Positions 1 through 9,738 are shown, counted from the first letter of the stretch. The stretch is 24,000 bases of DNA from Alphaproteobacteria bacterium (GCA_012103295.1 WLXB01000022.1:1258-25257); one strand, 5' to 3'. The notes: generated from the letters alone by a model not told the origin. Made by a program: numbers and translations.

Positions 1-72
1 CTGCGCTTGCGCGCCAACTGACAAAAGAAGCGCGACCACCACGCTCGATAACTTTATCCAAAAATTACGCAC
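1..72 (-). CDS. tolB: TolB N-terminal fragment (signal peptide only; gene runs off the window start)
   Basis: The reverse strand from GTG at 72 reads VRNFWIKLSSVVVALLLSVGAQAQ, which looks like a signal peptide. AGGAGAGG lies 8 nt upstream. The fragment sits directly downstream of tolA, where tolB lies in tol-pal operons. It is absent from the ORF track because it is truncated. Confidence 0.5.
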   Translation of the reverse strand, partial: MRNFWIKLSSVVVALLLSVGAQAQ

Positions 73-154
73 GCTTAACTGACCTCTCCTGCCCGCTGTG
101 CTGATACCATCAGCAATACGGGACCAACTAATTCTAGAAGATAACACATCCAGC

Positions 155-973
155 CTAATTCAGCCGTCCTTGGGGTGTGAAGGTAAATACGATTTCTTTA
201 AAAATCTCGTACCTTTGTGGCGAGATTGGGATGTTACTGCAACTTAGTATCGCAGTACGCGTACTATCGGCGAAGGTTCGAAAAGCAGGATCAGTAAAAT
301 ACCTTCCGGTATCTTCGATGACAGCCTGACGCACACTGCCATCAGGATTTATCGTCACGCGCACATTTGCGACCAGATCATCGACACCTTCTTTGCCTGG
401 ATCGATGCGCCAACACCTCTCTATGTGTGCGCCTATAGCGTCACGCTCGCTGAGTGTTGCGCGATCCGCAGTCTGCAGCGTTCTCAATCGTTCATCCGGT
501 TCTACGTCAGTTGGTTCCGACACTTTCGGTGGCGGTCGATTAGAGACTTCCTGCTCCAAATCTTTGACCAAACTAACGAGCTGATCGAAGGAGTCTTTCT
601 TTGGAGGCACTGGTTTACGCGGTGGTGCGGCAACCTTGCGTGGCGCGGGCACCTCGGCGATCTCCTCTGGTGGTGCCGGTTCGGGTTCAGGCGGTAGAGG
701 TGGTGGGGCTGGCTTTTCTGGTTTCGGAGGTGCAGCCGGTGCGGGTTCAGGTTCGGGCTCTGGTTCGGGCTCAGGCTCCGGCTCTGGTTCCGGCTCTGGT
801 TCCGGCTCGGGTTTTGGCGGTGGCGCAGCAGTCACTTCAGCAATAGTGACCAACTCAACAACGATAGGAGTGTCGACATCAATAATGTCTCGCTTAAACA
901 TCGGCATGCCGACCCAAGCGAAGACAACAACCAAGCTGTGCAATACGGCCGAAAGAAGAAAGCTTTTGCCCAT
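155..973 (-). CDS. tolA: TolA-like cell-envelope integrity protein
   Basis: 272 aa. It has an N-terminal TM anchor with an S-x3-H pattern (LLSAVLHSLVVVFAWVGMPMF) and a long Pro/Glu/Ala linker that includes a (PE)n run. The C-terminal domain is TolA/TonB-C-like (IERCWRIDPG...VRVTINPDGSV). It follows tolQ-tolR. Confidence 0.85.
   Translation of the reverse strand: MGKSFLLSAVLHSLVVVFAWVGMPMFKRDIIDVDTPIVVELVTIAEVTAAPPPKPEPEPEPEPEPEPEPEPEPEPEPAPAAPPKPEKPAPPPLPPEPEPAPPEEIAEVPAPRKVAAPPRKPVPPKKDSFDQLVSLVKDLEQEVSNRPPPKVSEPTDVEPDERLRTLQTADRATLSERDAIGAHIERCWRIDPGKEGVDDLVANVRVTINPDGSVRQAVIEDTGRYFTDPAFRTFADSTRTAILSCSNIPISPQRYEIFKEIVFTFTPQGRLN
744..809. repeat. Tandem hexanucleotide tract (GGYTCN)x11 encoding the (Pro-Glu)n linker of TolA
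   Basis: Read directly as ggttca ggttcg ggctct ggttcg ggctca ggctcc ggctct ggttcc ggctct ggttcc ggctcg. On the minus strand this is GAR-CCN repeated. Confidence 0.9.
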
Positions 974-984
974 GCGCGGCTGCC

Positions 985-1425
985 CTAGCGCCCCGCTGGC
1001 GGGTCAGTCACCAGCGCGGCGTTGCGCAGCCCGGCTTTGTAAATTTCAGACATGACATTCATGACCGTGCCGTATGCGAGCGATTTATCGGCCCGAACGT
1101 AGATACGCACGTCTGGATTTGATTCACTCACGGCTTTCAATCGTGCACCAAGATTCTCAATTTCCACTGGCGTATTCTGTAGAGTGACGCCATCCTGGTT
1201 AACGTTGACCGTTAAAGCCTTGTTGTCTTGGGGAAGGTTCGGTGTTGTCGCCTCTGGCAAATCAACATCCACTCCTGTTGTTAGGAGCGGTGCTGCAACA
1301 ATAAAAATGACGAGCAGCACAAGCATGACATCGACCATAGGAGTGACATTGATCTCCGCCATCGGTCGGTAGGGTTTGCGCCGAGAACCGCCGCCGCCCT
1401 CGTTGGGTTGAACAAACATCCCCAT
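985..1425 (-). CDS. tolR: TolR (ExbD/TolR family)
   Basis: 146 aa. It has a single TM carrying the ExbD/TolR signature with a membrane Asp (AEINVTPMVDVMLVLLVIFIV), followed by an ExbD-like periplasmic domain. Its start lies 4 nt after the tolQ stop. Confidence 0.9.
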   Translation of the reverse strand: MGMFVQPNEGGGGSRRKPYRPMAEINVTPMVDVMLVLLVIFIVAAPLLTTGVDVDLPEATTPNLPQDNKALTVNVNQDGVTLQNTPVEIENLGARLKAVSESNPDVRIYVRADKSLAYGTVMNVMSEIYKAGLRNAALVTDPPAGR

Positions 1426-1428
1426 AAT

Positions 1429-2154
1429 TTACGTCCGCTCTTCCAACTGACGAGACAAAATCGCTCCGAATTCCCCAGCAAAATTTTCCAGGCGCAGCGC
1501 GTACCTGTTCATGTCCGAAGAAATTGAATTGAAGGCAATGACGGCAGGAATGGCAGCCACTAAGCCAAGGGCAGTCGCGAATAAAGCCTCGGCTATCCCT
1601 GGCGCGACCGTGGCCAGGCTCGTATCACTGGATGCACCAATAGCAGTAAAGGTGTTCATGATTCCCCAGACCGTACCGAACAATCCAACGAACGGCGCCA
1701 CCGCCCCTGTTGATGCAAGAAACGTCATTCGGCTCTGCAACTGATCCATCTCGCGCTCTAAGCTGATGCGCATGACGCGATCAATTCGCGGCCCCAGCCC
1801 AGCAATATTCTCCGGTTTCCCCTCTTTGTTTTTAGAAGAAGACCGCCGCCACTCGCGCATGGCTGCCACAAATATAGAGGACATTGGATCTGGAGGACGT
1901 GGACCAACCCGGTCATACAACTCTTCTAGAGAACTACCGGACCAAAATTTCTCTTCAAACTTCTCCGCACGTTTGGTCAAAGACCGTATGCGTAAAATTT
2001 TGTCGAATATTATTGCCCAACTCCACAGGGATGCTGCGGCCAAAAACAGCATGACGGATTTGACGACAATGTCCGCCTGAAGGAAAAGGCCCCAAAGCGA
2101 AAATTCAGATTGTGTTGCAAGGGCACCAAGGGCGCCGACAGATTCTACTTCCAT
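1429..2154 (-). CDS. tolQ: TolQ (MotA/TolQ/ExbB proton-channel family)
   Basis: 241 aa. Channel motifs APFVGLFGTVWGIMNTF and GIAEALFATALGLVAAIPAVIAFN are present. It lies between ybgC and tolR. Confidence 0.92.
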   Translation of the reverse strand: MEVESVGALGALATQSEFSLWGLFLQADIVVKSVMLFLAAASLWSWAIIFDKILRIRSLTKRAEKFEEKFWSGSSLEELYDRVGPRPPDPMSSIFVAAMREWRRSSSKNKEGKPENIAGLGPRIDRVMRISLEREMDQLQSRMTFLASTGAVAPFVGLFGTVWGIMNTFTAIGASSDTSLATVAPGIAEALFATALGLVAAIPAVIAFNSISSDMNRYALRLENFAGEFGAILSRQLEERT

Positions 2155-2160
2155 GCCTCG

Positions 2161-2631
2161 TTAACCCTTCTCATCACGTAAGTTTTCAAGTGCGGTTTTT
2201 ATGTTTGCCGGCAAGCGCTGGGGCTTGCCGGCCTCATCTACGATCACCAGTTTAATTTTGATATTGGATATCGTCGGCCCGATGCCGTCGTCTCCAACCA
2301 AATTAATGCGCTGATCCATGGTCATTGACGCGCCACCAAGTGCGGCGACACTGGTCTGCACGACAAGCTCGTCTTCTAACTTCGCTTGTTGAAGGTATCG
2401 AATTTCGGCGGAATGAACGGCAAAGACCAAACCGTATTTCTCGATCATTTCGATATGGTCTAGCCCGTTCACCCGCATCATTTCTGTCCGAGCGCGCTCC
2501 GCAAACTTTAAATAAGCCGCATGATAGACCATGCGCCCCGCGTCGGTTTCTTCGTAATACACACGCAGCGGATAGAGATGAACATTGCCATCCATCACTC
2601 CGGCGGTTGGTCTCGGTACGTCACTGGTCAC
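2161..2631 (-). CDS. ybgC: YbgC-type acyl-CoA thioesterase (4HBT hot-dog fold)
   Basis: 156 aa with the pattern [30 protein letters not shown]. It occupies the canonical position upstream of tolQ. The GTG start overlaps the ruvB stop (GTGA). An alternative ATG at 2595 cannot be excluded. Confidence 0.8.
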   Translation of the reverse strand: MTSDVPRPTAGVMDGNVHLYPLRVYYEETDAGRMVYHAAYLKFAERARTEMMRVNGLDHIEMIEKYGLVFAVHSAEIRYLQQAKLEDELVVQTSVAALGGASMTMDQRINLVGDDGIGPTISNIKIKLVIVDEAGKPQRLPANIKTALENLRDEKG

Positions 2632-3662
2632 GTTTCGTCACCAAGCATATCGAATTGATTCTGGTCTCGTTGCGGCACGGCTAGTCCGATATGACGATAC
2701 CCACTATCGGCGAGAATTCGACCGCGGGGCGTACGCTGCAACAAGCCTTGCTGAATAAGAAACGGCTCAACAACATCTTCAAGTGTATCGCGCTCCTCTG
2801 CCAATGCAGCCGACAACGTATCCACACCGACCGGTCCGCCACCATAGTACTCTGCAATACATGTAAGATAACGACGGTCCATTGCATCAAGACCCAGAAC
2901 GTCGACATCCAAGCGTTGCAAGGCAGCGTCCGCTGCCTTGGCATCAACGGTTGCGAGTTCATCAACGGCGGCAAAATCTCGGACCCGCCGCAAAAGCCGA
3001 CCAGCAACGCGCGGCGTGCCACGTGAACGCTTCGCGATTTCCAAAGCACCGTCGGGAGACAAATCACAACCCATAATGGCGGCACCTCGCTCCACAATGC
3101 TGACTAATTCTTTCGGTTTGTAAAACTCAAGTCGCAATGGAATGCCAAACCGGTCTCTCAGTGGTGTCGTCAGCAACCCAGAGCGCGTCGTCGCGCCAAC
3201 GAGCGTGAATGGTTGCAATTCAATTCGCACCGACCTCGCTGCTGGGCCTTCCCCAATAATGAGGTCCAGCTGAAAATCTTCCATCGCCGGATACAACACT
3301 TCTTCTATGGCTGGATTGAGGCGATGGATTTCGTCGATGAATAAGACGTCCCTTGCCTCGAGGTTGGTCAGAATCGCCGCCAAATCCCCCGCCTTGGCGA
3401 TCATCGGCCCGGACGTCGCGCGAAAGCCAACGCCGAGCTCCCGCGATACGATTTGGGCCAAGGTTGTTTTGCCTAGGCCCGGCGGACCATGAAGCAGGAC
3501 ATGGTCAAGGGGTTCACTACGGCCGGACGCTGCCGAAATAAAAACACTGAGATTCTCGCACAGTTGCCGTTGGCCAATAAATTCAGTCAACCGCTGAGGA
3601 CGCAGCTTCGCGTCTGCATCTTCCGTTTGGGCACCACCCGAGACAATCCGATCTTCAGCCAT
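2628..3662 (-). CDS. ruvB: Holliday junction branch-migration ATPase RuvB
   Basis: 344 aa. Walker A (GPPGLGKTT) and Walker B (LFIDEIHRL) are present, and the protein is collinear with RuvB over its full length. It overlaps the ruvA stop by 8 nt. Confidence 0.97.
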   Translation of the reverse strand: MAEDRIVSGGAQTEDADAKLRPQRLTEFIGQRQLCENLSVFISAASGRSEPLDHVLLHGPPGLGKTTLAQIVSRELGVGFRATSGPMIAKAGDLAAILTNLEARDVLFIDEIHRLNPAIEEVLYPAMEDFQLDLIIGEGPAARSVRIELQPFTLVGATTRSGLLTTPLRDRFGIPLRLEFYKPKELVSIVERGAAIMGCDLSPDGALEIAKRSRGTPRVAGRLLRRVRDFAAVDELATVDAKAADAALQRLDVDVLGLDAMDRRYLTCIAEYYGGGPVGVDTLSAALAEERDTLEDVVEPFLIQQGLLQRTPRGRILADSGYRHIGLAVPQRDQNQFDMLGDET

Positions 3663-4290
3663 CGCTTGAAAGATCCTTTAATCCGTCGCGGATCATGTCG
3701 TCGAGATTCTGACCACCCGGATCCTTATGTGCGGCACGACTAACTGCACCAAAAGCATCGGCGCGACCAAAGCCAAGGTTGACGAGGGCGGATACCGCGT
3801 CTTCGACCAAACTCGCAGCGGGATCAGCAACCGCGCCTCCGTCATTTTTTGCGGCCGACGCACCTGATAGCCCAGGTGCTAAAGCAATACTCCCGACCTT
3901 GTCTTTCAGTTCAGTAACAATGCGGGCGCCCAGCTTTGGCCCGACGCCGCTGGCACGAGTAAAGGCTGTCTTGTCTTGCGCGGCGATAGCCTGTGCCATT
4001 TGATCGGGGCTCAACACAGATAGAATTGCTAACGCGACTTTTGTGCCGACACCCTGCACCTTGGTTACAAATTGGAAAGCGTCTTTTTCTGCAGTTGAGC
4101 CAAAGCCGTAGAGATGAATGTGGTCTTCCCGCACATGGGTCTCGATTGAAAGACTCACAGCTTCCCCAGCAACCGGCAGCGCGGACAGCGTGCGGGATGA
4201 ACAGAATACGCGATAGCCAACACCTGCCACGTCGATGACTGCCCAATCGTCACCAACACTATCAACCAGACCTTTGAGCTTGGCGATCAC
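3655..4290 (-). CDS. ruvA: Holliday junction DNA-binding protein RuvA
   Basis: 211 aa. It has the typical MIAKLKGLV start, two helix-hairpin-helix motifs ([26 protein letters not shown]) and a flexible linker plus C-terminal domain. Confidence 0.95.
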   Translation of the reverse strand: MIAKLKGLVDSVGDDWAVIDVAGVGYRVFCSSRTLSALPVAGEAVSLSIETHVREDHIHLYGFGSTAEKDAFQFVTKVQGVGTKVALAILSVLSPDQMAQAIAAQDKTAFTRASGVGPKLGARIVTELKDKVGSIALAPGLSGASAAKNDGGAVADPAASLVEDAVSALVNLGFGRADAFGAVSRAAHKDPGGQNLDDMIRDGLKDLSSDG

Positions 4291-4805
4291 CGGGACTGCC
4301 CCCCTGCGATGGCTTTTTTTAGACGGTCATCTGAGACGCGATAATGAGCATGACAAATTGCGACGGCGAGAGCGTCCGCAGCGTCAGAAGATTCTGGGTT
4401 ATGGCCAGGCAGAAGCATTCGAACCATCGCTTCGATTTGTTGCTTGCCCGCGTGCCCCGCCCCGACGACCGCTTTTTTAACGGCATTGGGCGTATACTCG
4501 GCCACTCGCAAGCCTGCTTCGGCAGCCGATAACATAGCTGCGGCGCGGGCGTGACCAAGTTTCAGCGTTGAGGTTGGATTTTTGTTCACAAACGTTTCTT
4601 CGACCGCACATTCGTCTGGCTCATGATCACGAATAACCTTACGTACTTCGGAGAAAATGAAATGTAATCGCTCTGATAGAGGAGCCTTTTCGTCAGCACA
4701 CACCGTGCCACTAGCTACGGCGGACAAAGCGTTGCCGTCTGCATCAACGATACCCCAACCCGTCGCGCGCAGGCCTGGATCAAGTCCCAATAGACGAATT
4801 GCCAC
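4287..4805 (-). CDS. ruvC: Crossover junction endodeoxyribonuclease RuvC
   Basis: 172 aa. It has an RNase-H-fold start (IRLLGLDPGLRATGWGIVD) and a C-terminal ADALAVAICHAH motif. It overlaps ruvA by 4 nt. Confidence 0.95.
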   Translation of the reverse strand: MAIRLLGLDPGLRATGWGIVDADGNALSAVASGTVCADEKAPLSERLHFIFSEVRKVIRDHEPDECAVEETFVNKNPTSTLKLGHARAAAMLSAAEAGLRVAEYTPNAVKKAVVGAGHAGKQQIEAMVRMLLPGHNPESSDAADALAVAICHAHYRVSDDRLKKAIAGGQSR

Positions 4806-4826
4806 TTTCCCTTCTCACCGCTCGGC

Positions 4827-5573
4827 CTAGTTTCCTAGCTTTGCTAATATTGCGTCATCAATTTCGTAGTTTGCGGCAACCCGTTGGACGTCGTCGTCAT
4901 CGTCAAGAACGTCCAATAGATTGAAAAGTTTTTGCGCGTTAGCTTCATCCACTTCGACCGTGTTCAAAGCACGCCAATCCAAGCGCGCGCTTTCTGGCTC
5001 GCCAAGAGACTCTTCCAACGCTTTTTGAACAGTATTGAGATCATCAGGCTTGCAAAATATGTCATGCCCGACGTCGCTGGATTCAACATCATCCGCACCC
5101 GCCTCGATGGCCGCTTCCATTACCGTGTCTTCGCTTCCCGCGTCGGCCGGATAGGTTATCTGACCAACCCGGTCGAAATTAAACGACACACTGTTGGTCT
5201 CGCCCATCGCGCCGCCACCTTTATTAAATGCAGTGCGTACAGAACCGGCAGTGCGGTTTCGGTTGTCGGTCAGGGCTTCGACAATGAGTGCGACACTGCC
5301 AGGCCCATAACCCTCGTAACGGGCTTCTTCATAATTCTCGCCGTCTCCGCCGATGCCTTTGTCCATTGCCCGCTGGATGTTGTCCTTAGGCATACTTTGG
5401 CCCCTGGCGGCGACGATCGCTGATCGCAGCCGAGGGTTATGATCAGGATCAGGCATCCCCATTTTGGCGGCGACCGTTATCTCTTTGGCCAGCTTGCTAA
5501 ACAGCTTGGCATGCTTCTTATCCTGCGCACCTTTGCGAAACATAATGTTCTTAAACTTGGAATGACCAGCCAT
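4827..5573 (-). CDS. yebC: YebC/PmpR-family transcriptional regulator
   Basis: The track ORF is 4827-5648. I trimmed it to the ATG at 5573, which gives the canonical family N-terminus [20 protein letters not shown]. The remaining 248 aa are collinear with YebC. Confidence 0.9.
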   Translation of the reverse strand: MAGHSKFKNIMFRKGAQDKKHAKLFSKLAKEITVAAKMGMPDPDHNPRLRSAIVAARGQSMPKDNIQRAMDKGIGGDGENYEEARYEGYGPGSVALIVEALTDNRNRTAGSVRTAFNKGGGAMGETNSVSFNFDRVGQITYPADAGSEDTVMEAAIEAGADDVESSDVGHDIFCKPDDLNTVQKALEESLGEPESARLDWRALNTVEVDEANAQKLFNLLDVLDDDDDVQRVAANYEIDDAILAKLGN

Positions 5574-5699
5574 AGCGACGTCCTTCGAGCCACCACAGAC
5601 GGCAGCTCCCCTCAATAACTTATACCAGATGTAGTGTTTAGCACCCAAATGGGTGGAAAAGCATCAAATGCCGGGGCCGACCTTAGGTGTCAAGCTTCA

Positions 5700-6518
5700 T
5701 CAAGGGCTCGGCGGCAACACCGGGGCCAATTCACCGCCATCCCTGAGCGGGTAAATCTTGTCAGCCAGACCTGTTCGATCATCAGTTTCGACCATAACGC
5801 CACAGATCGTGGCGGTTCCTGACGCCGGTTCAAGGCGCTCGCCCGGCAGACTGTCAACAAAGCGCCTCACCGCTATGCCAGCATCCATGCCGATCACTGA
5901 ATCAAAGGGTCCACACATTCCGGCATCAGTCTGAAACCCGGTCCCCGCCGGCATTATTCGGGTATCGGAGGTTGGAATGTGGGAATGACTACCAACGGCA
6001 AGAGAGGCTCGTCCGTCAGCTATGCAGCCCAAGGCCGTTTTCTCGCTGGTCGCCTCGCCGTGGATATCGATGACGATAGCGTCAGCGTCCTGCCCCAGCT
6101 GTGTTCCTCCCAGGAACGTTTCTAGGGCCCGGAATGGATCATCAATCGGGGGCATGAAAAGGCGTCCCATCACCTGGCAAACCGCGACCTGACGCCCATC
6201 GGCGGTGTGATACAACCCTGAACCCAAACCTGGAGTACCGTCGGCATAATTGATTGGTCGCAGTAACCTCGGTTCCGTCGGGATGTAGTCGATAATCTCC
6301 CGTTGATCCCAAGCGTGATTGCCGGTCGTAATGACATCCACACCAGCCAAGAATAAAGCTTCGCAAATTTTGACCGTAATCCCGAAGCCATGCGCGGCGT
6401 TCTCGCCACAGGCAATGACGAAGTCCAAACCGAGTTGACCGCGCAAGTCTGGCAGACGGTCGATGACGGCCTGCCGCCCGGATTTCCCCATGATATCGCC
6501 TAGATACAGAATCCTCAT
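5700..6518 (-). CDS. YmdB-like metallophosphoesterase (TIGR00282-type)
   Basis: 272 aa starting MRILYLGDIMGKSGR. Metallophosphoesterase motifs GEN, GNH, HGE and GSHSH occur in the family order. Confidence 0.8.
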   Translation of the reverse strand: MRILYLGDIMGKSGRQAVIDRLPDLRGQLGLDFVIACGENAAHGFGITVKICEALFLAGVDVITTGNHAWDQREIIDYIPTEPRLLRPINYADGTPGLGSGLYHTADGRQVAVCQVMGRLFMPPIDDPFRALETFLGGTQLGQDADAIVIDIHGEATSEKTALGCIADGRASLAVGSHSHIPTSDTRIMPAGTGFQTDAGMCGPFDSVIGMDAGIAVRRFVDSLPGERLEPASGTATICGVMVETDDRTGLADKIYPLRDGGELAPVLPPSP

Positions 6519-6526
6519 CGTGTATC

Positions 6527-7144
6527 TCAGCCGTCTGATTTCGCGAGAATAGTTCTGCTCGGTGTAATCACGCCATCCAACTGGGCGTCGAATGACTCCC
6601 GGGGGATCCGCACAACCTCTTGACCGTCATACCCTATTCCATAGGCTGCTATCTTCTTTGTCGAGCGCAACTTCGGAAGAGTGCGGTCATAATATCCGCC
6701 GCCAAAACCCAGGCGGTAGCCAAACGGGTCAAACGCAACCAAGGGCACCAAGATCACATCCGGATCAATGGCCTCTGACTTTGCCGCCGGGTGGTAGGTG
6801 CTCATGCGGCCTTTTTCCAACGCATCGCCCGTCTGCCAGGCGCGAAAGGCAAGGACATCGCCAGATTTACCAGCAACCGGCAAAACGATAGAAGCGCCGG
6901 CAACCTGCAAAGCTTCTAGAGCTGGCGATGGGTCAAGTTCATCACCAATGGCCACATACCCGGCGATGATAAGCGTTTCTGAGGTATCAATGACCTGAAG
7001 TATTTGTGTCGTTAGGTTGTCCGGCGCATCCGGCTCTGCCGCTCGCATCGTTTTCCGAACTGCCAGCATCTGTGTACGCAAAGCAGCCTTGGCGGCCTGA
7101 GCCTCGTCAGCGTTTTGGCCGCTATCTGAAGCCGATCGTGCCAT
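6527..7144 (-). CDS. 5-formyltetrahydrofolate cyclo-ligase
   Basis: The track ORF runs to 7219. I trimmed it to the ATG at 7144 (206 aa), because the upstream 75 nt fall inside the candidate 6S RNA. The family motif LGFGGGYYDRTL is present. Confidence 0.8.
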   Translation of the reverse strand: MARSASDSGQNADEAQAAKAALRTQMLAVRKTMRAAEPDAPDNLTTQILQVIDTSETLIIAGYVAIGDELDPSPALEALQVAGASIVLPVAGKSGDVLAFRAWQTGDALEKGRMSTYHPAAKSEAIDPDVILVPLVAFDPFGYRLGFGGGYYDRTLPKLRSTKKIAAYGIGYDGQEVVRIPRESFDAQLDGVITPSRTILAKSDG

Positions 7145-7174
7145 AATAAGGTACCAATACAATTCTTGCTGGGT

Positions 7175-7329
7175 GGAGCCACCGTGGCCGTCGGCTAACG
7201 TGACCTCGCCATGGGCCACAGGGTCATGTGGGCGCCGCGATCAAAGGGCCAGGGCCCTACGAGAGGCAGCTCCCGGTCTTACGATATCGCCCCTGGGAGT
7301 AACCACAGCCTAACGCACCCGGTAGCTCC
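7175..7329 (-). ncRNA. ssrS: Candidate 6S RNA
   Basis: The 196-nt gap between the zapA stop and the trimmed cyclo-ligase start is the conserved zapA-ssrS-ygfA position. On the minus strand, GGAGCUACCG (7329-7320) pairs with CGGUGGCUCC (7184-7175) for 10 bp. Interrupted helices follow, for example GUGG with UCAC and GGGAGCUGC with GCGGCGCCC at 7 of 9 positions. There is a terminal hairpin AGGGC-CCUG-GCCCU. This gives a rod-like fold about 155 nt long. The ends are approximate. Confidence 0.55.
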
Positions 7330-7340
7330 AATCGCGGAAC

Positions 7341-7673
7341 TTAAGGTCGTTCAAGCTTTTCAGCAAGGCTATCAATCCGGGAGGCTAGGCTGTCAATGGC
7401 AGTTACGACGGCGTCTTCGGCCTCAATACGAGCGTCACCCTTGCCACTATTCCCCAGATTCTCGAGCTCTCCCGCCGCATCTGATAGTTCGTCGGCAATC
7501 AAGAGCGACACCATAACGAGCAACATACTGTCCGATACGGGTCCGGTCGTCTGCAGCAGTTGGTTCGCTCGCTCATCTAGATATCGGCCGAGCCGGCTTA
7601 GATGTGCCTCTTGACCGTCTTCACACGCGATTTGATAGCTGCGGCCGCGCAGCGTTATGGAAACCTGAGCCAT
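7341..7673 (-). CDS. zapA: Cell division protein ZapA
   Basis: 110 aa. The N-terminal domain reads VSITLRGRSYQIACEDGQEAHLSRLGRYLDERANQL and is followed by a C-terminal coiled coil. Both the pattern and the synteny are typical of ZapA. Confidence 0.85.
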   Translation of the reverse strand: MAQVSITLRGRSYQIACEDGQEAHLSRLGRYLDERANQLLQTTGPVSDSMLLVMVSLLIADELSDAAGELENLGNSGKGDARIEAEDAVVTAIDSLASRIDSLAEKLERP

Positions 7674-7676
7674 ATC

Positions 7677-7961
7677 CTATGCCGACGCGCTTTGAACGGC
7701 GCTATCGAGGAGCTCGATTTTATCATCTAGTCGATCAGCGACTTGCGATGCTGCCGTATGGAGCTGTTCATAATCGGCTCTTATGGCGTCTAGCTCGGCT
7801 TGTAGGAGGTTAAACTGTTCCCCCTCTTTAGGGCTGTCCTCTTGCTTGACATCCACAACGTCTAGCCCTGCGGACGCAGATTCCAACCGGGAGACAGCTG
7901 CTCCCAATCGTTCAAGTGCTTTCTCAACACGTTGCAGTCTATAGATCGCGATATCTTTCAA
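7677..7961 (-). CDS. Coiled-coil protein, DUF4164/ZauP-like (ZapA-associated)
   Basis: 94 aa and almost entirely heptad-like helical. Its stop lies 4 nt before the zapA start, matching the alphaproteobacterial zauP-zapA arrangement. Confidence 0.6.
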   Translation of the reverse strand: MKDIAIYRLQRVEKALERLGAAVSRLESASAGLDVVDVKQEDSPKEGEQFNLLQAELDAIRADYEQLHTAASQVADRLDDKIELLDSAVQSASA

Positions 7962-8176
7962 CGCCCTAGCACCCTTTTCTTGAAGCGATACTGGAACATA
8001 AGCAGCGTTCCCTTGGGCGTCAATCTTAGTTGGAGATGCAAATATTTTTGCGCAGCCCGCCTTCTGTCAGCTTTGAGTCTGTTCACCGCCGCGCGGTGCC
8101 GATATATGTTCCAGACCAGTATCAATATGCACGGAACGCTAAGCTGCCGCGCTCTACTAGTAGGGGATTACGACAC

Positions 8177-9106
8177 ATGAAATTGACCCAGCGGGTTAAG
8201 AAAATTCTAGCCGGATACGAAAGCGACAATCCGGGGACCAAAGCCAACCTCGCCCGTATTTTGATGCAGGGCCGCCTTGGTGGCACTGGCAAAGTGGTCA
8301 TCCTCCCAGTAGACCAAGGGTTTGAGCACGGTCCTGCCCGCAGCTTTGCCCCCAACCCTCCTGCCTATGACCCCCATTACCATTGGCAGCTAGCCATAGA
8401 CGCAGGCCTTTCGGCCTTTGCGGCACCGCTCGGCATGATTGAGGCTGGCGCAGCTACATTTGCCGGATCCGTACCGACAATTCTCAAGGTCAATAGTGCC
8501 AATTCGCTAAACGGCGAGAACGACGCTCCGACCCAGGCAATCACCGCGAGCGTCGGTGATGCTTTACGCTTGGGCTGCTCTGCGATCGGCTACACAATCT
8601 ATCCTGGCTCCCAGCAAGCCTATGGAATGATTGAAGACCTGAGAGAACTCTCCGAAGAGGCCAAATCCGTCGGATTGGCGGTCGTCGTATGGTCTTACCC
8701 CCGCGGAGCGTATGTTTCAAAGGAAGGTGAAACGGCGTTTGATATCGTCAGCTACGCCGCCCATATGGCAGCCCTCGCTGGCGCTCACATCATCAAAGTT
8801 AAACTTCCCACAGATCAATTGAGCTTACCTGCGGCGAAGAAAGTCTATGAAGAGCAAAAAATTTCAGCTGCGACCCTCGCTGACAGAGTCCAACACGTTG
8901 TTCAGAGTTGCTTTGAGGGGCGCAGAATTGTTGTGTTTTCCGGCGGCGGCAAGAAAGGCCTCGATGGACTTTACGATGAGGCGCGCGCCATCCGTGATGG
9001 TGGCGGTAATGGCTCGATCATTGGCCGGAATACCTTCCAGCGCCCAAGGGACGAAGCCATAGCGATGCTGGACACGCTCATCAATATCTACAAAGGCAAA
9101 GAGTGA
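8177..9106 (+). CDS. Class I fructose-bisphosphate aldolase (DhnA/FbaB-type, DeoC/LacD superfamily)
   Basis: The track ORF starts at 8030. I trimmed it to the ATG at 8177, which has AGGGGA 9 nt upstream. This gives 309 aa starting MKLTQRVKKILAGYESDNPGTK. The VILPVDQGFEHGP and HIIKVKLP regions and a C-terminal GRNTFQ are typical of the family. Confidence 0.8.
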   Translation: MKLTQRVKKILAGYESDNPGTKANLARILMQGRLGGTGKVVILPVDQGFEHGPARSFAPNPPAYDPHYHWQLAIDAGLSAFAAPLGMIEAGAATFAGSVPTILKVNSANSLNGENDAPTQAITASVGDALRLGCSAIGYTIYPGSQQAYGMIEDLRELSEEAKSVGLAVVVWSYPRGAYVSKEGETAFDIVSYAAHMAALAGAHIIKVKLPTDQLSLPAAKKVYEEQKISAATLADRVQHVVQSCFEGRRIVVFSGGGKKGLDGLYDEARAIRDGGGNGSIIGRNTFQRPRDEAIAMLDTLINIYKGKE

Positions 9107-9738
9107 GCGATTCAACAGGCTGTCGACTCTATCTCGTAACTCCGCCGCAGCTAGACGACCCCAATGCCTTCGCAACTAGTCTTCGCGAAGTCATTGAAGC
9201 TGGCGATGTTGCATGCATCCAATTGCGGTTAAAGGGTGCCGGCGACGAGGAGATACTTAAGACGATCGACCTAATGCTGCCGGTTTGCGAACAGACTGAT
9301 ACAGCCTTGATTCTAAATGACCGGCCAGACTTAGCGGCAAAATCCGGCTGTGATGGCGTTCATATTGGCCCCGACGATATGCCCTATTCTGAGGCACGGA
9401 CCGTAATGGGCGAAGATGCGTCGATCGGTGTTTCATGTGGTGCGTCCCGTCATTTAGCCATGACATTGGCTGACGACGGGGCTGACTATGTGGCCTTTGG
9501 TGCTTTTTTCGAGACGAAAACCAAAGAAGACACCGACGAAGCAACTGTCGAGCTTCTAGAAATTTGGTCTCAAACAACAAACGTACCCGCTGTCGCTATT
9601 GGCGGGATTACGCCAGAAAATTGCAGCCCGTTGGTATCGGCTGGCGCGGATTTCCTAGCTGTCTCCTCCGGGGTCTGGAACCATCCGGACGGGCCGGAAA
9701 GTGCGGTGCGTCTGTTTTCCGAACGCATGGCAGAATAA
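9103..9738 (+). CDS. thiE: Thiamine-phosphate synthase
   Basis: 211 aa. The TMP-synthase pattern is present: LYLVTPP, IQLRLKG, LILNDRPDLA, GVHIGPDD, VAIGGI. The GTG start overlaps the aldolase stop (GTGA). Confidence 0.85.
   Translation: MSDSTGCRLYLVTPPQLDDPNAFATSLREVIEAGDVACIQLRLKGAGDEEILKTIDLMLPVCEQTDTALILNDRPDLAAKSGCDGVHIGPDDMPYSEARTVMGEDASIGVSCGASRHLAMTLADDGADYVAFGAFFETKTKEDTDEATVELLEIWSQTTNVPAVAIGGITPENCSPLVSAGADFLAVSSGVWNHPDGPESAVRLFSERMAE

Noticed and set aside
636-1055. 139-aa plus-strand ORF with a (GS)n run
   Set aside because: It is the antisense mirror of the TolA (PE)n tract. It has no independent signal and lies entirely within a well-supported gene.
8030-8176. 49-codon N-terminal extension of the aldolase ORF. 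Similar extensions occur on yebC (5574-5648), DUF1192 (21178-21222) and DUF465 (23378-23395), and there is a TTG start at 13111.
   Set aside because: In each case an internal ATG gives the canonical family N-terminus. A Shine-Dalgarno-like AG-rich motif is correctly spaced at three of them (aldolase, DUF1192, DUF465), while the yebC and 13144 trims rest on the N-terminal or start-codon argument only. The extensions have no family-like sequence.
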